Part shown: piece by piece, positions 1 to 9,528 of the stretch | Position numbering within the stretch: position 1 is the stretch's first letter | Layout: each line of letters starts with the position of its first letter | IMG/VR virus record: IMGVR_UViG_3300029922_002860 | DNA: 64,000 nt | Reading direction: 5' to 3' (one strand) | DNA from: a virus | Taxonomy: Duplodnaviria; Heunggongvirae; Uroviricota; Caudoviricetes | The notes under the pieces: generated by a model | Databases searched by the model: none | What the model was told of the DNA's origin: nothing | What the model saw: only the letters and a program-made list of their open reading frames with translations | Program-made: the position numbers and the translations under genes

Positions 1-653
1 AGGCTTCCGAAACCTCCCATGTCCTTCACGGACTTTTCCGTTATGATTCCGCGCTCAACAAGTCCCTTGGCGACCTCGGCAACGCGATCTGGCGTCGCAC
101 CGGCGAACCTCGAATCGAAACGGCGGAGGTGCATGTCGCGGACGCGCGCAACGGCCTCGTCCCAATCCTCCCGCCGGCCGAGCTTCTCGTCATAGCGGCA
201 GTAGCGGGAGACGGCCACGTACTCTTGCATCCCGTTCGCCAGGTGCTTCACCGGGCGCATGTCGGCCTGCCCCATGCGATAGCGCATGAAGCACAGGGCC
301 ACGTTCAGCATCCCCGCCTCAGCCACGACCAGCTCGATGGTGTTCTGCGTGTCCTCAACCTTCGGAACAGTGAACTGCCCGAACTTCTCAACGAGTCTGC
401 GCTGCACAGCAACCGCAAGTATCTGCGCCGTCTTGAACCCGTCGGCGTCCAGACCAAACCCCTTGCTAGGGTCGTGGCGGTGCGGATTCTCCGACGACTG
501 GTTTCGCGCTTCGTACATCGCGAGGGCAATGGCCCTGACGATCCGGTTGATGTCCCACTTTGCCAGGGAGCCGTCGCGCTTCTCCACGGATGGGAAAGGG
601 ACGGTGTCGGAGGTGACTGTCAGGGGTGCGTAGTCGGTCGTTGTCGAGGTCAT
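1..653 (-). CDS. ribonucleotide reductase-like protein, N-terminal part (ATP-cone plus class II NrdJ-like region); 3' end beyond window start
   Basis: Open minus-strand frame from the window edge to ATG at about 653, read by eye and not in the ORF track because it has no stop in the window. N-terminus VEKRDGSLAKWDINRIVRAI is ATP-cone-like. RYCRYDEKLGRREDWDEAVARV resembles the NrdJ N-terminal signature. Three upstream motif copies (CCATCTTAT, CCCCCATCTG, CCCCCCATATTTT) at 660-715. Confidence 0.55.
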   Translation of the reverse strand, partial: MTSTTTDYAPLTVTSDTVPFPSVEKRDGSLAKWDINRIVRAIALAMYEARNQSSENPHRHDPSKGFGLDADGFKTAQILAVAVQRRLVEKFGQFTVPKVEDTQNTIELVVAEAGMLNVALCFMRYRMGQADMRPVKHLANGMQEYVAVSRYCRYDEKLGRREDWDEAVARVRDMHLRRFDSRFAGATPDRVAEVAKGLVERGIITEKSVKDMGGFGS

Positions 654-747
654 GTGTGGTTGTTGATAAGATGGCCGAGCCTAAAATATGGGGGGCAGAT
701 GGGGGAGGATCTTGCAGGTGAGGGGTTCCAGAGGTGGTCGAATTGCG

Positions 748-1686
748 TTACAAGGCCGTATCGCTGGGAACCTCTGCCCCTTGGAAATCAGGGACATAGC
801 CGATAAGGCGGGATGCCAAGGCGTTTGCCTGCAAATATCGACCCTCCGCCAATGCCAACCGAACGGCATGGTAGGTGGAGCCGTAGGGCTCGCGGATCGA
901 CGCCTCGATTTCGGGGTCGAGCTTGTAGCCGCAATGGAGACATGCCGGAAGCCCGTAGAGGAGGCAGTTGACCTTCGTGATTTGCACAGCCCGCGGGTCG
1001 AGATCGGCTCCGACGAACTTCACGGCTCCGTAAGCCAACGCCCAGAGGGGAACCAGCGAGGCCATAGCCATAAGCGCGGACCCAGATCCGAGGATGGGTT
1101 CCGTGATGGTGACCGGGTCGTAGTGCTCCATCAGGACCGCCGAGTGCTTGTCCATGTACGAAATCACCGGGGCGTTGGACCAGTCCCCCACCCCCCAGGG
1201 GGCCAACCCCGCGAGGGTCGCGGCCTGGTGCAGGCGTGACATGAGCTGCCCCTCGATGTTCGTCACGGCAATCTGGGCTGACATCAGGCTTAGATGGAAA
1301 GGCGTGGTGAATTGGCCTAGGCCGGGATGTCCGATGAGGTGTGCGTAGGGCAGCCCAAGGACATCGGGGTTGTCCTTTCGATGAAACAGCGGATAGCACG
1401 CGTGGGACCTCATGATCGCGACTGCCTTGGAGTGGACCTGCATCGCCTTGCGACCAATGCCGCTGTCTCGGACCCCCCAGGGATCTTCCCCCTCGCCGGC
1501 CAAGAACGAGGCGACAGTCAATCCACCCCACTTTGCTGGGCGCCGGTAACTGTTGAGCAGGATGCTCTCGGTCAGGTCGAGCAGGGTATGAAAGTCCGAG
1601 ACGCTGCCCCATCCCTCATAAAGCCTGAGCAATGCTGCCGGCGCGTCCGGGTCGGGCTTGCGGGATTGCGGGCGAGGCTGCTTCAC
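748..1686 (-). CDS. hypothetical protein (312 aa, GTG start)
   Basis: GC3-rich ORF. The variant motif CCCCAACTTGCCCAC sits immediately upstream of the GTG. Confidence 0.45.
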   Translation of the reverse strand: MKQPRPQSRKPDPDAPAALLRLYEGWGSVSDFHTLLDLTESILLNSYRRPAKWGGLTVASFLAGEGEDPWGVRDSGIGRKAMQVHSKAVAIMRSHACYPLFHRKDNPDVLGLPYAHLIGHPGLGQFTTPFHLSLMSAQIAVTNIEGQLMSRLHQAATLAGLAPWGVGDWSNAPVISYMDKHSAVLMEHYDPVTITEPILGSGSALMAMASLVPLWALAYGAVKFVGADLDPRAVQITKVNCLLYGLPACLHCGYKLDPEIEASIREPYGSTYHAVRLALAEGRYLQANALASRLIGYVPDFQGAEVPSDTAL

Positions 1687-1754
1687 GTGGGCAAGTTGGG
1701 GCCAACGGGGGATTTGCGGCCCCCTGCCCTTTTGGAGCAGAGGGCCGCGACCCC

Positions 1755-1940
1755 TTAGTTCCTCTTCTCACGCACCCTAGCGTGAGCGAGACTGGACCTG
1801 AGAAGGCGATGTACGCCCACCTCGCCGGAGGAATCTCCGGAAATTGAAGCTGGCAGCCCCATCCGGGAAATCCCGTGGGGAGTGGCACGCATCTTACTGC
1901 CTACCACACCGTCCGCGAAATTGGGGAAAAGGGCTGCCAT
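1755..1940 (-). CDS. small hypothetical protein (61 aa)
   Basis: Internal ATG of ORF 1755..1991 preceded by CCCCCCATAATTATATCC. Confidence 0.4.
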   Translation of the reverse strand: MAALFPNFADGVVGSKMRATPHGISRMGLPASISGDSSGEVGVHRLLRSSLAHARVREKRN

Positions 1941-1987
1941 GGATATAATTATGGGGGGACCCCTCCAGGGTTTCGCCGTTGGGCGCC

Positions 1988-2356
1988 TCAAATCAGACGT
2001 GAGACTCGCCTCCCACGGGCCTCGGCTACGACCGACTGCTTCCCGTGTAGGGAGAAAATCACGTACCGTACGGCACTGCCGCAGGTGAACCTCTCGACGC
2101 GCCCCACCCCCGGGAGAACCCTCCGGAACACCGCCAACGCCGCCTTAAGGTCGGGGTCAGGCACCTCCTCCAGTGTCTTCCACACCGTATCAAGACGAAA
2201 TCCGCGCCCTAGGGTTGCCCCGTGAACACGGTCGTCGTGCTGCCTCTTGGTTCGGCTCGTGGCCTCAGCCTCTAACCGTGCCAGATAGTTCGGGTGCCCA
2301 GGGACGATGCCCTTTGAGGCAAGGCGGGCGATGTCAGCGTTGTTGAAGTGCGGCAT
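1988..2356 (-). CDS. hypothetical protein (122 aa)
   Basis: Internal ATG (MPHFNNADIARL...) directly preceded by CCATCTTGGTGC. A terminator lies just upstream. Confidence 0.5.
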   Translation of the reverse strand: MPHFNNADIARLASKGIVPGHPNYLARLEAEATSRTKRQHDDRVHGATLGRGFRLDTVWKTLEEVPDPDLKAALAVFRRVLPGVGRVERFTCGSAVRYVIFSLHGKQSVVAEARGRRVSRLI

Positions 2357-2371
2357 GCACCAAGATGGCTG

Positions 2372-2409
2372 TAAAAGCCACAGGCCCGCCTTTTTGAGAA
2401 GCGGGCCTG
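2372..2409 (-). terminator. rho-independent terminator downstream of the lipoprotein gene
   Basis: GGCCCGC-loop-GCGGGCC hairpin followed by a CTTTT run on the minus strand. Confidence 0.55.
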
Positions 2410-2484
2410 CGCTTATGACCCTCAACCTTATCGTTTTCCAACCGCCTACAGGTCCAACCAACCACGGATGGCCTGCCAAGTTGT

Positions 2485-3327
2485 TTACTCTTCGAAGGAC
2501 GCGGACAGGAGAATGTGTCCGATCTCCGGTGCATCCTTGTCGTAAATCTGAAAATCCACGGTCTGCCCGACTAGCGCTTCGCTAGCCGTGATCGTCGCCA
2601 GGGAGGGAGCAATCAGCGCGTTATGGGGGGACCCCAAGGTGAGTTGCATCGCGTCCGTGTGGTGCATGATCGCTTTGTACCTCCCCGGAGAGACGGGGAA
2701 AATGGTGACCGGCAGGCCACAGAACATGGAGGCGCCGATGATTCGAAGCGTGCCCGATGAAGCGGGGACATCGTCTGGGTTCGCCGCGAGCAGCAACGGC
2801 GGACCGGAGCGATCCGTTGGAGCCGTCTTCTTGTCGAAGTACAGGACCGCAGTAGCGGTGCCGTTGATCGAGTCGTACGGGACCAGTTCCAGTGTGTTCG
2901 ACGATGCCCCGCGGACCACTGCGCCCTTCGGCGTGGTATCGACCAGAACGTGGATGAATAGAGAGCCCTCGCGGCTGTACGCGACCAAGGAACCCGTCTT
3001 GTTCTTAAGCTCGTCAAAGTTGACCGGCTCCAGCACGACAAGGGAGGATTCGCCGAGGTACGGGCACATCGAGCCAGTTGCCGCCACTTGGCCCACCCAA
3101 AGCGTGGCATTACTGTCTGTCATCGACTTTGCCATCTTGAGCGCCTCTCCGTAAGTGCGGTCCGACTTCGGCATCACTCCACTCGGGTTGCTGGCAGGGT
3201 CCGGTGCTTTCGTCCTGTGCCAGTGGTACGCAGAGGCCATCGTGTGGCATCCGCTAGCGAGCAGTTGGCTGCCAAGAAGAAGGGTGCAGATGATGGCGCG
3301 CGTGGTGCAGGTCATGTCGGGATACAT
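2485..3327 (-). CDS. secreted lipoprotein, unknown function (280 aa)
   Basis: Signal peptide with lipobox LLASGC. Leaderless-type start: CCCCCCATAATTC then ATG. Confidence 0.6.
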   Translation of the reverse strand: MYPDMTCTTRAIICTLLLGSQLLASGCHTMASAYHWHRTKAPDPASNPSGVMPKSDRTYGEALKMAKSMTDSNATLWVGQVAATGSMCPYLGESSLVVLEPVNFDELKNKTGSLVAYSREGSLFIHVLVDTTPKGAVVRGASSNTLELVPYDSINGTATAVLYFDKKTAPTDRSGPPLLLAANPDDVPASSGTLRIIGASMFCGLPVTIFPVSPGRYKAIMHHTDAMQLTLGSPHNALIAPSLATITASEALVGQTVDFQIYDKDAPEIGHILLSASFEE

Positions 3328-3343
3328 GAATTATGGGGGGTGG
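3328..3343 (-). promoter_or_regulatory. conserved upstream motif CCCCCCATAATT (class A) for the lipoprotein gene
   Basis: The motif ends 1 nt before the ATG. Part of a divergent pair with the 3369-3382 instance. Confidence 0.5.
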
Positions 3344-3368
3344 CTGCCAGATCATACAGACGGGTGCT

Positions 3369-3382
3369 CCCATAATTGTAGT
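3369..3382 (+). promoter_or_regulatory. conserved upstream motif CCCATAATTGTAGT (class A) for the NYN gene
   Basis: Motif immediately 5' of ATG 3383. Confidence 0.5.
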
Positions 3383-4567
3383 ATGGCCGACCTCGCCGCC
3401 AAACCCTCTGCCCTCCTCGTAATGGACTGCGCGAACGTGAACCGGTCGTTCATGGTCAACGGTGTTCAGGGACTCATCGACTACAGCAGGGTGCCGGGGG
3501 TGATCGAGGGCGCAGCCGGCGTGGATCTCCGGGAAGCAGTGATCTGCGAATACAGCAGCCACAACCCAGAGCATATCGACTACCTGGGGGCGTTGAAGAA
3601 GAGCGGCTACACCGTTGTCGAGCGCCGCTTGCGAGCGGTGACCGGTTCAGACGGGACCCACAAACTCATTTGCAACATGGACGCCGAGGTAGCCAATGAG
3701 GCGCTCCTTCGCTCGCACGCCCACGATGTTGTCGTTATTGGTAGTGGGGATGCCGATTTTGTGCCCCTTGTGCATGCGCTCAGGATGCAGGGCAAGAAGG
3801 TCCTGGTGGCAGCGAACAAACCTGCGATTTCGCGGCAACTCGCAGAGGCCGTGGGCTTCAACCGTGTCATTGAGTTCGGCCAGTACCAGAAAAGTCTGGC
3901 AATGGCCCCCGGTGAGCGCGCCCCATGGCCCAACCACCTCAAGCAAGTCGATAGGGTGCCCGCGCAGGAGATCGGTAGCCCTGGAAAGACGGACTCTGCG
4001 ACCCTCTTGATCGACGGCTTCAATCTCTACAACTCCGCTGGACACGAAGGGTGGAGGATCAACTGGCGAAGGTTGGTGTCCGAGGCTGAAACCAAGTATG
4101 GCAACCTCAGCAACGTGCTCCTGTTCGACCGGGGGCCGAAGCCGGCTGTCGTCAACGATCTCTACGCCCGGCTTCAGGATGAAGGGTGGAGGGTCGAACT
4201 GAAGGAACCGAAGAGCAGCGGGTCATATTCGTGCGTCGTCGAAATGGCCTGTGCGTCGATTGAAGCGGCGCGGCGCGGCGACAGCGTTGTGCTGGCGACC
4301 GGCAGCGGGCATCTCCTCTCAACAGTTCGAAGGCTGAAGGAGAATGGCGTATCCGTGGGGTTGATGGCTCCTGAGTGCGGACTCTCGGGTTTGCTCCACA
4401 AGGAATTCTCTCCCGAGGCATTCTACAGCATTACGAGCCATCGCGAAGAGTTGATTTACCGCAACTCCGGCCCGTCATCAGCCTCGTGGATCGACAGGGG
4501 TTTGCCGCCGCTCCCCTCCCCGCGTTTACCCTCCCGTCCCGGCCAAGGGCAGCAGTCGCCGCAGTAA
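3383..4567 (+). CDS. tandem NYN/LabA-like (PIN-like nuclease fold) domain protein
   Basis: Two repeats of the LabA/NYN pattern (VMDCANV...DVVVIGSGDADFVPLV... and LLIDGFNL...SVVLATGSGHLLSTV). Internal start chosen by the motif; the upstream part of ORF 3155.. overlaps the divergent lipoprotein gene. Confidence 0.6.
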   Translation: MADLAAKPSALLVMDCANVNRSFMVNGVQGLIDYSRVPGVIEGAAGVDLREAVICEYSSHNPEHIDYLGALKKSGYTVVERRLRAVTGSDGTHKLICNMDAEVANEALLRSHAHDVVVIGSGDADFVPLVHALRMQGKKVLVAANKPAISRQLAEAVGFNRVIEFGQYQKSLAMAPGERAPWPNHLKQVDRVPAQEIGSPGKTDSATLLIDGFNLYNSAGHEGWRINWRRLVSEAETKYGNLSNVLLFDRGPKPAVVNDLYARLQDEGWRVELKEPKSSGSYSCVVEMACASIEAARRGDSVVLATGSGHLLSTVRRLKENGVSVGLMAPECGLSGLLHKEFSPEAFYSITSHREELIYRNSGPSSASWIDRGLPPLPSPRLPSRPGQGQQSPQ

Positions 4568-4576
4568 AAGCAGAAA

Positions 4577-4607
4577 ACCCGGGGTTACCGGGTTCTCTTT
4601 CTTCTAA
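4577..4607 (+). terminator. rho-independent terminator after the NYN gene
   Basis: AACCCGG-GGTTA-CCGGGTT hairpin followed by TCTCTTTCTTC. Confidence 0.55.
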
Positions 4608-4770
4608 CCTTTGGTCGGCCGCGGTCTTTGGTCCACGGCCATTATGTAGGTGCCATTATCTCTTTCGAGGCATGAACCTTTCGGCTCAAGGGCGGGAATC
4701 TGCTGACAAGAACATGATCGCCAACTTCGGCGTTAAATCAAGATGGAACTGGTAGGAGGCGCAGTTGGCA

Positions 4771-5004
4771 TCAAGAGCAACCTGCCGTATCCATTCGTGC
4801 GTCCTCAGGTTTGGCGTGGGCAAAAGTACCTACGGGGTGCTCGTGGAGTTCCGGTTCGGAGGGCTCAAATATACCCACCAAAGCCGCTGGATCAATGGAG
4901 CCGCCGTGGGAGAGGTGCCAAAGCAGGTTGTTCCTCCAGAGTGCTCGGTCCATGCTGCTGGCCGTGCCGTACGGGAAGTGGGCGGCTGTGCAAGGTTTGT
5001 TCAT
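4771..5004 (-). CDS. small hypothetical protein (77 aa)
   Basis: ORF with CCCCATAATTAACGG located 22 nt upstream of its ATG. Confidence 0.35.
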   Translation of the reverse strand: MNKPCTAAHFPYGTASSMDRALWRNNLLWHLSHGGSIDPAALVGIFEPSEPELHEHPVGTFAHAKPEDARMDTAGCS

Positions 5005-5106
5005 ATTAGCGTCGGTTATCCGTTAATTATGGGGAGGAATAGGACGTTGCTCCTTCAGACTGGTCCGAATGTGCAGCTTCTGTCATGGGCGCCCCATAGT
5101 TATAGG

Positions 5107-5568
5107 ATGACCTTTACGTCTAAAACAATGGCCAGCGCGAAAAGGGGCTACACGCTCACTGAAATCATCGTTGTCGTTACCCTAATCGGTATCCTCGTCG
5201 GAATCGGCTATTCGCTGCTGACGAAGACCACCGCTACAGGTCTCACCAACGCCGGCAATCGCAATGCCGCGGAGTTGAACAACTGCATGAATAATCTCCA
5301 GGCCGCGAATGCTAACTTCGCGACGGGAGCCGCGGCCGTCACCCAGGGCACCGCGACCAGCTCCGCGACGGTCACAATGCCAGCCGCGCCTGCCACGGCC
5401 GACATCCAGACTATCATCACAGCGCTCACAAACGGCACAGGTATCGCCAGCTATGGGAGTACCCAGATGATGTCCAAGGCCCCGACCGCCGCTTCATACA
5501 ACTGCGCCATTCAGGCTGGCACGCTTAAGCCGGTCTTCACCTACAAGGGTGCCGGCGCTCAGCCTTGA
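5107..5568 (+). CDS. type IV pilin-like / pseudopilin protein with prepilin-type N-terminal cleavage/methylation domain
   Basis: N-terminus KRGYTLTEIIVVVTLIGILVGIGYSLL is a class III signal plus hydrophobic helix. Ala/Thr-rich body. CCCCATAGTTATAGG immediately before the ATG. Confidence 0.65.
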   Translation: MTFTSKTMASAKRGYTLTEIIVVVTLIGILVGIGYSLLTKTTATGLTNAGNRNAAELNNCMNNLQAANANFATGAAAVTQGTATSSATVTMPAAPATADIQTIITALTNGTGIASYGSTQMMSKAPTAASYNCAIQAGTLKPVFTYKGAGAQP

Positions 5569-5584
5569 TCCCTCTCGGGATCAT

Positions 5585-6178
5585 TCAGCCCGTCATGAGG
5601 GCTTGCTCCGTGCGAGATTGAGCCGACTGGAGTCGGCCAAGGGTTGTGCCGCTGAAACAGCACGCTTCCTCGGTAAAGGGCGTCAATGAGCGTTTGACGA
5701 CGATCATGCCATGCCTAGTGTCTGGGTAATTCTCGTGAATCCACCGCGCCTTGCGCTTGGCCTCCGCCGTTGACGGCACAGGACTGCGGTAAACCGCCTT
5801 GCATGGCGAGACGGACACGTCACTGCCGACAGCGCCCTCTGGGTTTTGGGTGACAGTGCCTTCCACTTGGTAGTGGAGCGACACGTCACCAGGACAATCT
5901 ATGCGGATCTCCCCCGTGAGCCCAAATGTCGTCTCCCATACCTTTGAGCAATTGGCACGAACGGCCAGACGGGGCTCAACAGCATATCCGCAGCTGAGCG
6001 CATTTTCCACCGAGGGTATCGAGTGGGCGCACGCCGAGATTGGTACATCTGCATCAAAGACGTGAAACACTCCTCGCGGAGTGCGCAAAGTGTATTCGTG
6101 GTGCCAATTGAGTGGAGCGACCAACTTGCCGGAGCGATAGCTCACGGCCGCTGGCAGGCCGAAAGTACGAGGGGACAT
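5585..6178 (-). CDS. hypothetical protein (197 aa)
   Basis: GC3-rich ORF with a weak CATACTTCC motif upstream. Confidence 0.4.
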   Translation of the reverse strand: MSPRTFGLPAAVSYRSGKLVAPLNWHHEYTLRTPRGVFHVFDADVPISACAHSIPSVENALSCGYAVEPRLAVRANCSKVWETTFGLTGEIRIDCPGDVSLHYQVEGTVTQNPEGAVGSDVSVSPCKAVYRSPVPSTAEAKRKARWIHENYPDTRHGMIVVKRSLTPFTEEACCFSGTTLGRLQSAQSRTEQALMTG

Positions 6179-6229
6179 CGTAGGGAGTGAGGAAGTATGT
6201 TGCGAGGCGACCCCGCAAGCGGAATCCGA

Positions 6230-7120
6230 TCAGAATCTATGGCCAGGATGCCGAGCCAATGAATTCGTCGGGGTTGGAAGAGGGGTTGACGAGGGTGTTG
6301 CGGAGTACGCAGCAAAGACGCGGTTGAAGATTTCATTCGCAGATTGCCATGCGTCCTGCCCCACCGGCTCCCGTATCCGCTGTGAAAAGTCCATCTCGCC
6401 TCTCTCGATAGAGGCCCCCCGGGGGGTGGTCCGATCATGCCCCCTGCCGGCAATCAGCTCCACAGCGTAGGCCAATTTGAGCCCATTCCATATCCTGGCC
6501 GGCCCCTTGTTCAGAGCATCAATCAGCTCCCGCGCTCTCTCACATCCATCATGCGAGTTGAATTCAGTGCAACAAATAGCCCGCCCCGCCACGTAATGTT
6601 TGAACTGGGCGACTCCTCCATTGGAGACGTTCCCACCAAGGTACCCGAGGGCGCTTGCAGGGTTGAGCTTGTTGAATTGCTCCCGTTCGGAATTCGTCTC
6701 GGTCTCCCACTTCTCCCTAGAAAACGAGGGACCCTCGCGTGCCGAGGGAAAGCCCTCGGCTAAGAATTGTGATTGCTCACAGAGCCCAATGGATCGACGT
6801 GTTCCCATCTCCGTGAATCGGCCGTTTGCGGACGGGTTCTGGAGCAGGTTACCCGCAAGCGTTCTCAGCGCATTCAGGTAGTCCGGGCAGTTCCCGGCAA
6901 GCGCGCAGCGAAGGTAGTCTCGGCGGACCTCGTTTGAGAGCCTGCCTATGGCTCCATCGTCCCCGGACGATTGGAGATCGGCGATATGACAGGCGCTCTC
7001 TCGGTCCTTCCCGCAATGGACAGTCGCAAGCAATTCGTCGTGTTGTTCGGCCTCGACAAACCACGTCCACCCCTCCCGTTGTCCAGGAAAAGGCGTGTGG
7101 CTTTCAGGGCTGGAACTCAT
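6230..7120 (-). CDS. hypothetical protein (296 aa)
   Basis: Long GC3-rich ORF with no recognisable domain. Confidence 0.4.
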   Translation of the reverse strand: MSSSPESHTPFPGQREGWTWFVEAEQHDELLATVHCGKDRESACHIADLQSSGDDGAIGRLSNEVRRDYLRCALAGNCPDYLNALRTLAGNLLQNPSANGRFTEMGTRRSIGLCEQSQFLAEGFPSAREGPSFSREKWETETNSEREQFNKLNPASALGYLGGNVSNGGVAQFKHYVAGRAICCTEFNSHDGCERARELIDALNKGPARIWNGLKLAYAVELIAGRGHDRTTPRGASIERGEMDFSQRIREPVGQDAWQSANEIFNRVFAAYSATPSSTPLPTPTNSLARHPGHRF

Positions 7121-7149
7121 CTAGGAACCGGGCAGGTGTTAATTCCCTA

Positions 7150-7773
7150 TTAGCCAATTGCAGGTCCTACGGCGACAGAAATTTCCGGGGGCGAATCTAC
7201 TTCTCCTGGCGCCCTGTCCAGGACCGCCGGCCTCATGCGGGCCGCCACGGCGCATAGTCGCCGGTCACGCTCAGCTGCAAGCGCTCGCATGAAGAGTTTC
7301 TCCGACTCGATGCCCGCTTTGCGCTCGCCCCACATCATCTGGTCGATGATCGAGGTTAAGTCTTCAAGGGACGCGTTTTTCGGGGCCGACATGACGGCCC
7401 GTGCGATCTCCGCCGCTAACGGTGTTGAGCCGCCCGCGTGGACCATGCCCTGCTCCCGCGAGGACCCCGAGACCACGAAGGTTCGAGGCGACTGAGCGAA
7501 TCGTGCCAGCGCCCTCCAAGGGGCGATGAAGGTGTCGATCTCCTTTGGCAGTTGCAGCTCAACGCACGTGATCGCCTCGGCATAGAGGGCCATGAAGAAC
7601 GGCAACCCGTCTGTCAAAACGTGCTTCCCCCTCAAGTCCTCGGCATGCGGAGTTGAGAACACCGGCGTATCGACGGTGGCGAGGCCGAGATGCACCACGA
7701 GCTGCGCGAAGCCTTCGTACCGGCTTGCGATAATTATCTCCGCAGGAGGCAGAGTGGAAAAGAGTGCTGTCAT
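7150..7773 (-). CDS. hypothetical protein (207 aa)
   Basis: ORF with CCCCATAATCTAAGCACAGCA upstream of its ATG. Confidence 0.5.
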   Translation of the reverse strand: MTALFSTLPPAEIIIASRYEGFAQLVVHLGLATVDTPVFSTPHAEDLRGKHVLTDGLPFFMALYAEAITCVELQLPKEIDTFIAPWRALARFAQSPRTFVVSGSSREQGMVHAGGSTPLAAEIARAVMSAPKNASLEDLTSIIDQMMWGERKAGIESEKLFMRALAAERDRRLCAVAARMRPAVLDRAPGEVDSPPEISVAVGPAIG

Positions 7774-8126
7774 TGCTGTGCTTAGATTATGGGGTGACCG
7801 AGGCAGAGGCTACCGCTGGCTCATCCCGAGAGCCTTTCTGCATGAACGTGTAATGGAACTGTTAATCTCGCCGGCCGCCGGCGGTTTCTCCCTAAGCTCC
7901 GCAATCCTCCCACGTCTTGGTCCGCCAGAATCAAATCCAGTTCGAGCCATTGGGGCGATGGGTGGGCAAAGAAGGAGGCGTCTGGTCGAACGAAAGCCGG
8001 CGGGTGAGAGCCGCAAATCTACCACCCCCCGGGGGGCCTCATTCGAGGGAGCGGCACCGTGAAAGAGGAAGGCTAACGAGTGATTGTCGCCCCTCCTCCC
8101 CCACCCCTTCGGCTTGAATCCGGACA

Positions 8127-8612
8127 TTGAAAGCCGATTATGATGGGGTGCCACGAACACCCAGAGCCACTCGTGAAGCCACCCGCCGGCGGCTGGCGAA
8201 CTTCCGTGCGCGAAAGAAGTCCCAGGGCCTTGTGGAGATCCGGGCGCTTGTGCCGGCTTCGGTCGTCGCGGAGCTGGAACTGGCAGCCCTGTCCCTGCCC
8301 GACGGTGCGAAGGAATCGGCGATCCGTCTGGCGCTGGAAGGGTACGTCGAGAAGCACGCCCAAGAGGCCAAGCAGGTGCGGCTACTTATCTCGAAGTATT
8401 GGTCTCAGGTAATGGAATACAAGGCCCGGGTCCCTACCCCGCTCCGCGGAAACGCCCCCGTCCGGATAAAGGAACGATGGTACACCCCGGATGAGGCCAC
8501 GAAACTCCTCGAAATCCGGACCCTGATCGAGGGCTTCTTCAAGGCCCGTGGGGTCCCCCACCCTTACGAAGCTGCCTGCGGGGTCTTCAACAGGCTTTCG
8601 GTGGCTAAGTGA
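8127..8612 (+). CDS. putative ribbon-helix-helix-like DNA-binding protein (start uncertain)
   Basis: RRRLANFRARKKSQGLVEIRALVPASVV resembles an Arc/MetJ/CopG beta-strand motif. Lies next to the iteron region and parA. Confidence 0.4.
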   Translation: MKADYDGVPRTPRATREATRRRLANFRARKKSQGLVEIRALVPASVVAELELAALSLPDGAKESAIRLALEGYVEKHAQEAKQVRLLISKYWSQVMEYKARVPTPLRGNAPVRIKERWYTPDEATKLLEIRTLIEGFFKARGVPHPYEAACGVFNRLSVAK

Positions 8613-8774
8613 TTTGAACGAAACGGCTTCGTGCCATCCCTAGTTTGATCTCAGCCGAAGTCCGTGCGTTACGCGTAACGCATCAAAACGTCCATAAATT
8701 TCGGTCGATTCTGGAAGATTAGCCGGCCCTCAGAAAAGCCGAAAATGCGACGGAAACGTATTGTGCGCGAGAAA

Positions 8775-8900
8775 TGCGCGATTATCGCGCGTAATCTGGT
8801 TCGGTCACGGTATTGGTAATGGTAACGGTAACAGTTCGTGTTACCGTTACGGTAAAAGTAACGGATAAAGTCGAGGTTTTGGTAACGGTAACAGCTGCCG
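8775..8900. repeat. iteron / inverted-repeat cluster (GGTAACGGTAAC units) in an AT-richer intergenic region upstream of parA
   Basis: GGTAACGGTAACAG occurs twice. A perfect inverted repeat GGTAACGGTAAC-agttcgtg-GTTACCGTTACC (read from 8821-8852). CGCGAT-TA-TCGCG palindrome nearby. Confidence 0.55.
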
Positions 8901-9000
8901 TCATTGAATCTGCGCGAATACTGCGCGATTTCTGCATTGACATTTGATTGTGATGCGGTGCAGAATTAGCGCAGAAAGCAAACCTCCGTTCGTCGAACCT

Positions 9001-9516
9001 ATGAAAGATCCACTACTCACGCCGCCGCAGCCCGCGGGAAAGGTCGCAAAAGGCCGTCCACCGCATGGCAGATACCGGCTGATCCGAAGCAAGTTTGAGG
9101 AGATCGCGAAGGCCAGAGATGTCCTCCGCCTGTCGGACCGACTGGCGGCAAAGAGGGTAGGGCTCAGGGGCGCTCGCGAGTACGCGGAAGCCTACGATCT
9201 CCTGAAAAAGCATGGGGCGAGCATCATGGCCCAGAACGATTGGGAGGGGGTCGAGGCAGTCATCTACGCTCGGTTTCCCCGCTACCGAAACGACAAGAAA
9301 TTTCACGAGATTCAGGCTGAATACAATGACCCACGGCCCCGGTTGGGTCTCGCGGATGCGGGCATGGAACCGCCGCGGCAGGGTGGGGGGGAGAAGCCAT
9401 CTGGCGCCACGCCAGATGCCCCGGCAACGCCCCTTGTGAGGCCGCAAGCATCTACTCCGCAACGAAGCCCTTGGGGCGGGAAAGACCCAGGCAGCCGCGC
9501 CTTCCCCAAGACCTAA
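9001..9516 (+). CDS. hypothetical protein (start at internal Met)
   Basis: ORF 8944.. with a TTGACA-N17-CAGAAT-like sequence upstream. No recognisable domain. Confidence 0.35.
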   Translation: MKDPLLTPPQPAGKVAKGRPPHGRYRLIRSKFEEIAKARDVLRLSDRLAAKRVGLRGAREYAEAYDLLKKHGASIMAQNDWEGVEAVIYARFPRYRNDKKFHEIQAEYNDPRPRLGLADAGMEPPRQGGGEKPSGATPDAPATPLVRPQASTPQRSPWGGKDPGSRAFPKT

Positions 9517-9528
9517 ACACCCCTATCC

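Noticed and set aside
129-806. 225-aa plus-strand ORF and several overlapping ORFs at the window start
   Set aside because: Antisense to the RNR-like gene. In this GC-rich DNA long ORFs occur in many frames; the minus frame has the protein-like composition and motif-supported start.
788-1612. 274-aa Arg/Pro/Gly-rich minus-strand ORF
   Set aside because: Alternative frame of the 748-1686 gene with low-complexity composition.
3155-3382. N-terminal 76 codons of ORF 3155..4567
   Set aside because: They overlap the divergent lipoprotein gene. The motif and the NYN domain boundary support the internal ATG at 3383.
4735-4752. Orphan AAATCAAGATGGAACTGG motif-like sequence with no downstream gene
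   Set aside because: The only ORF it could serve on the minus strand is 9 codons long. Likely a chance match or a decayed promoter.
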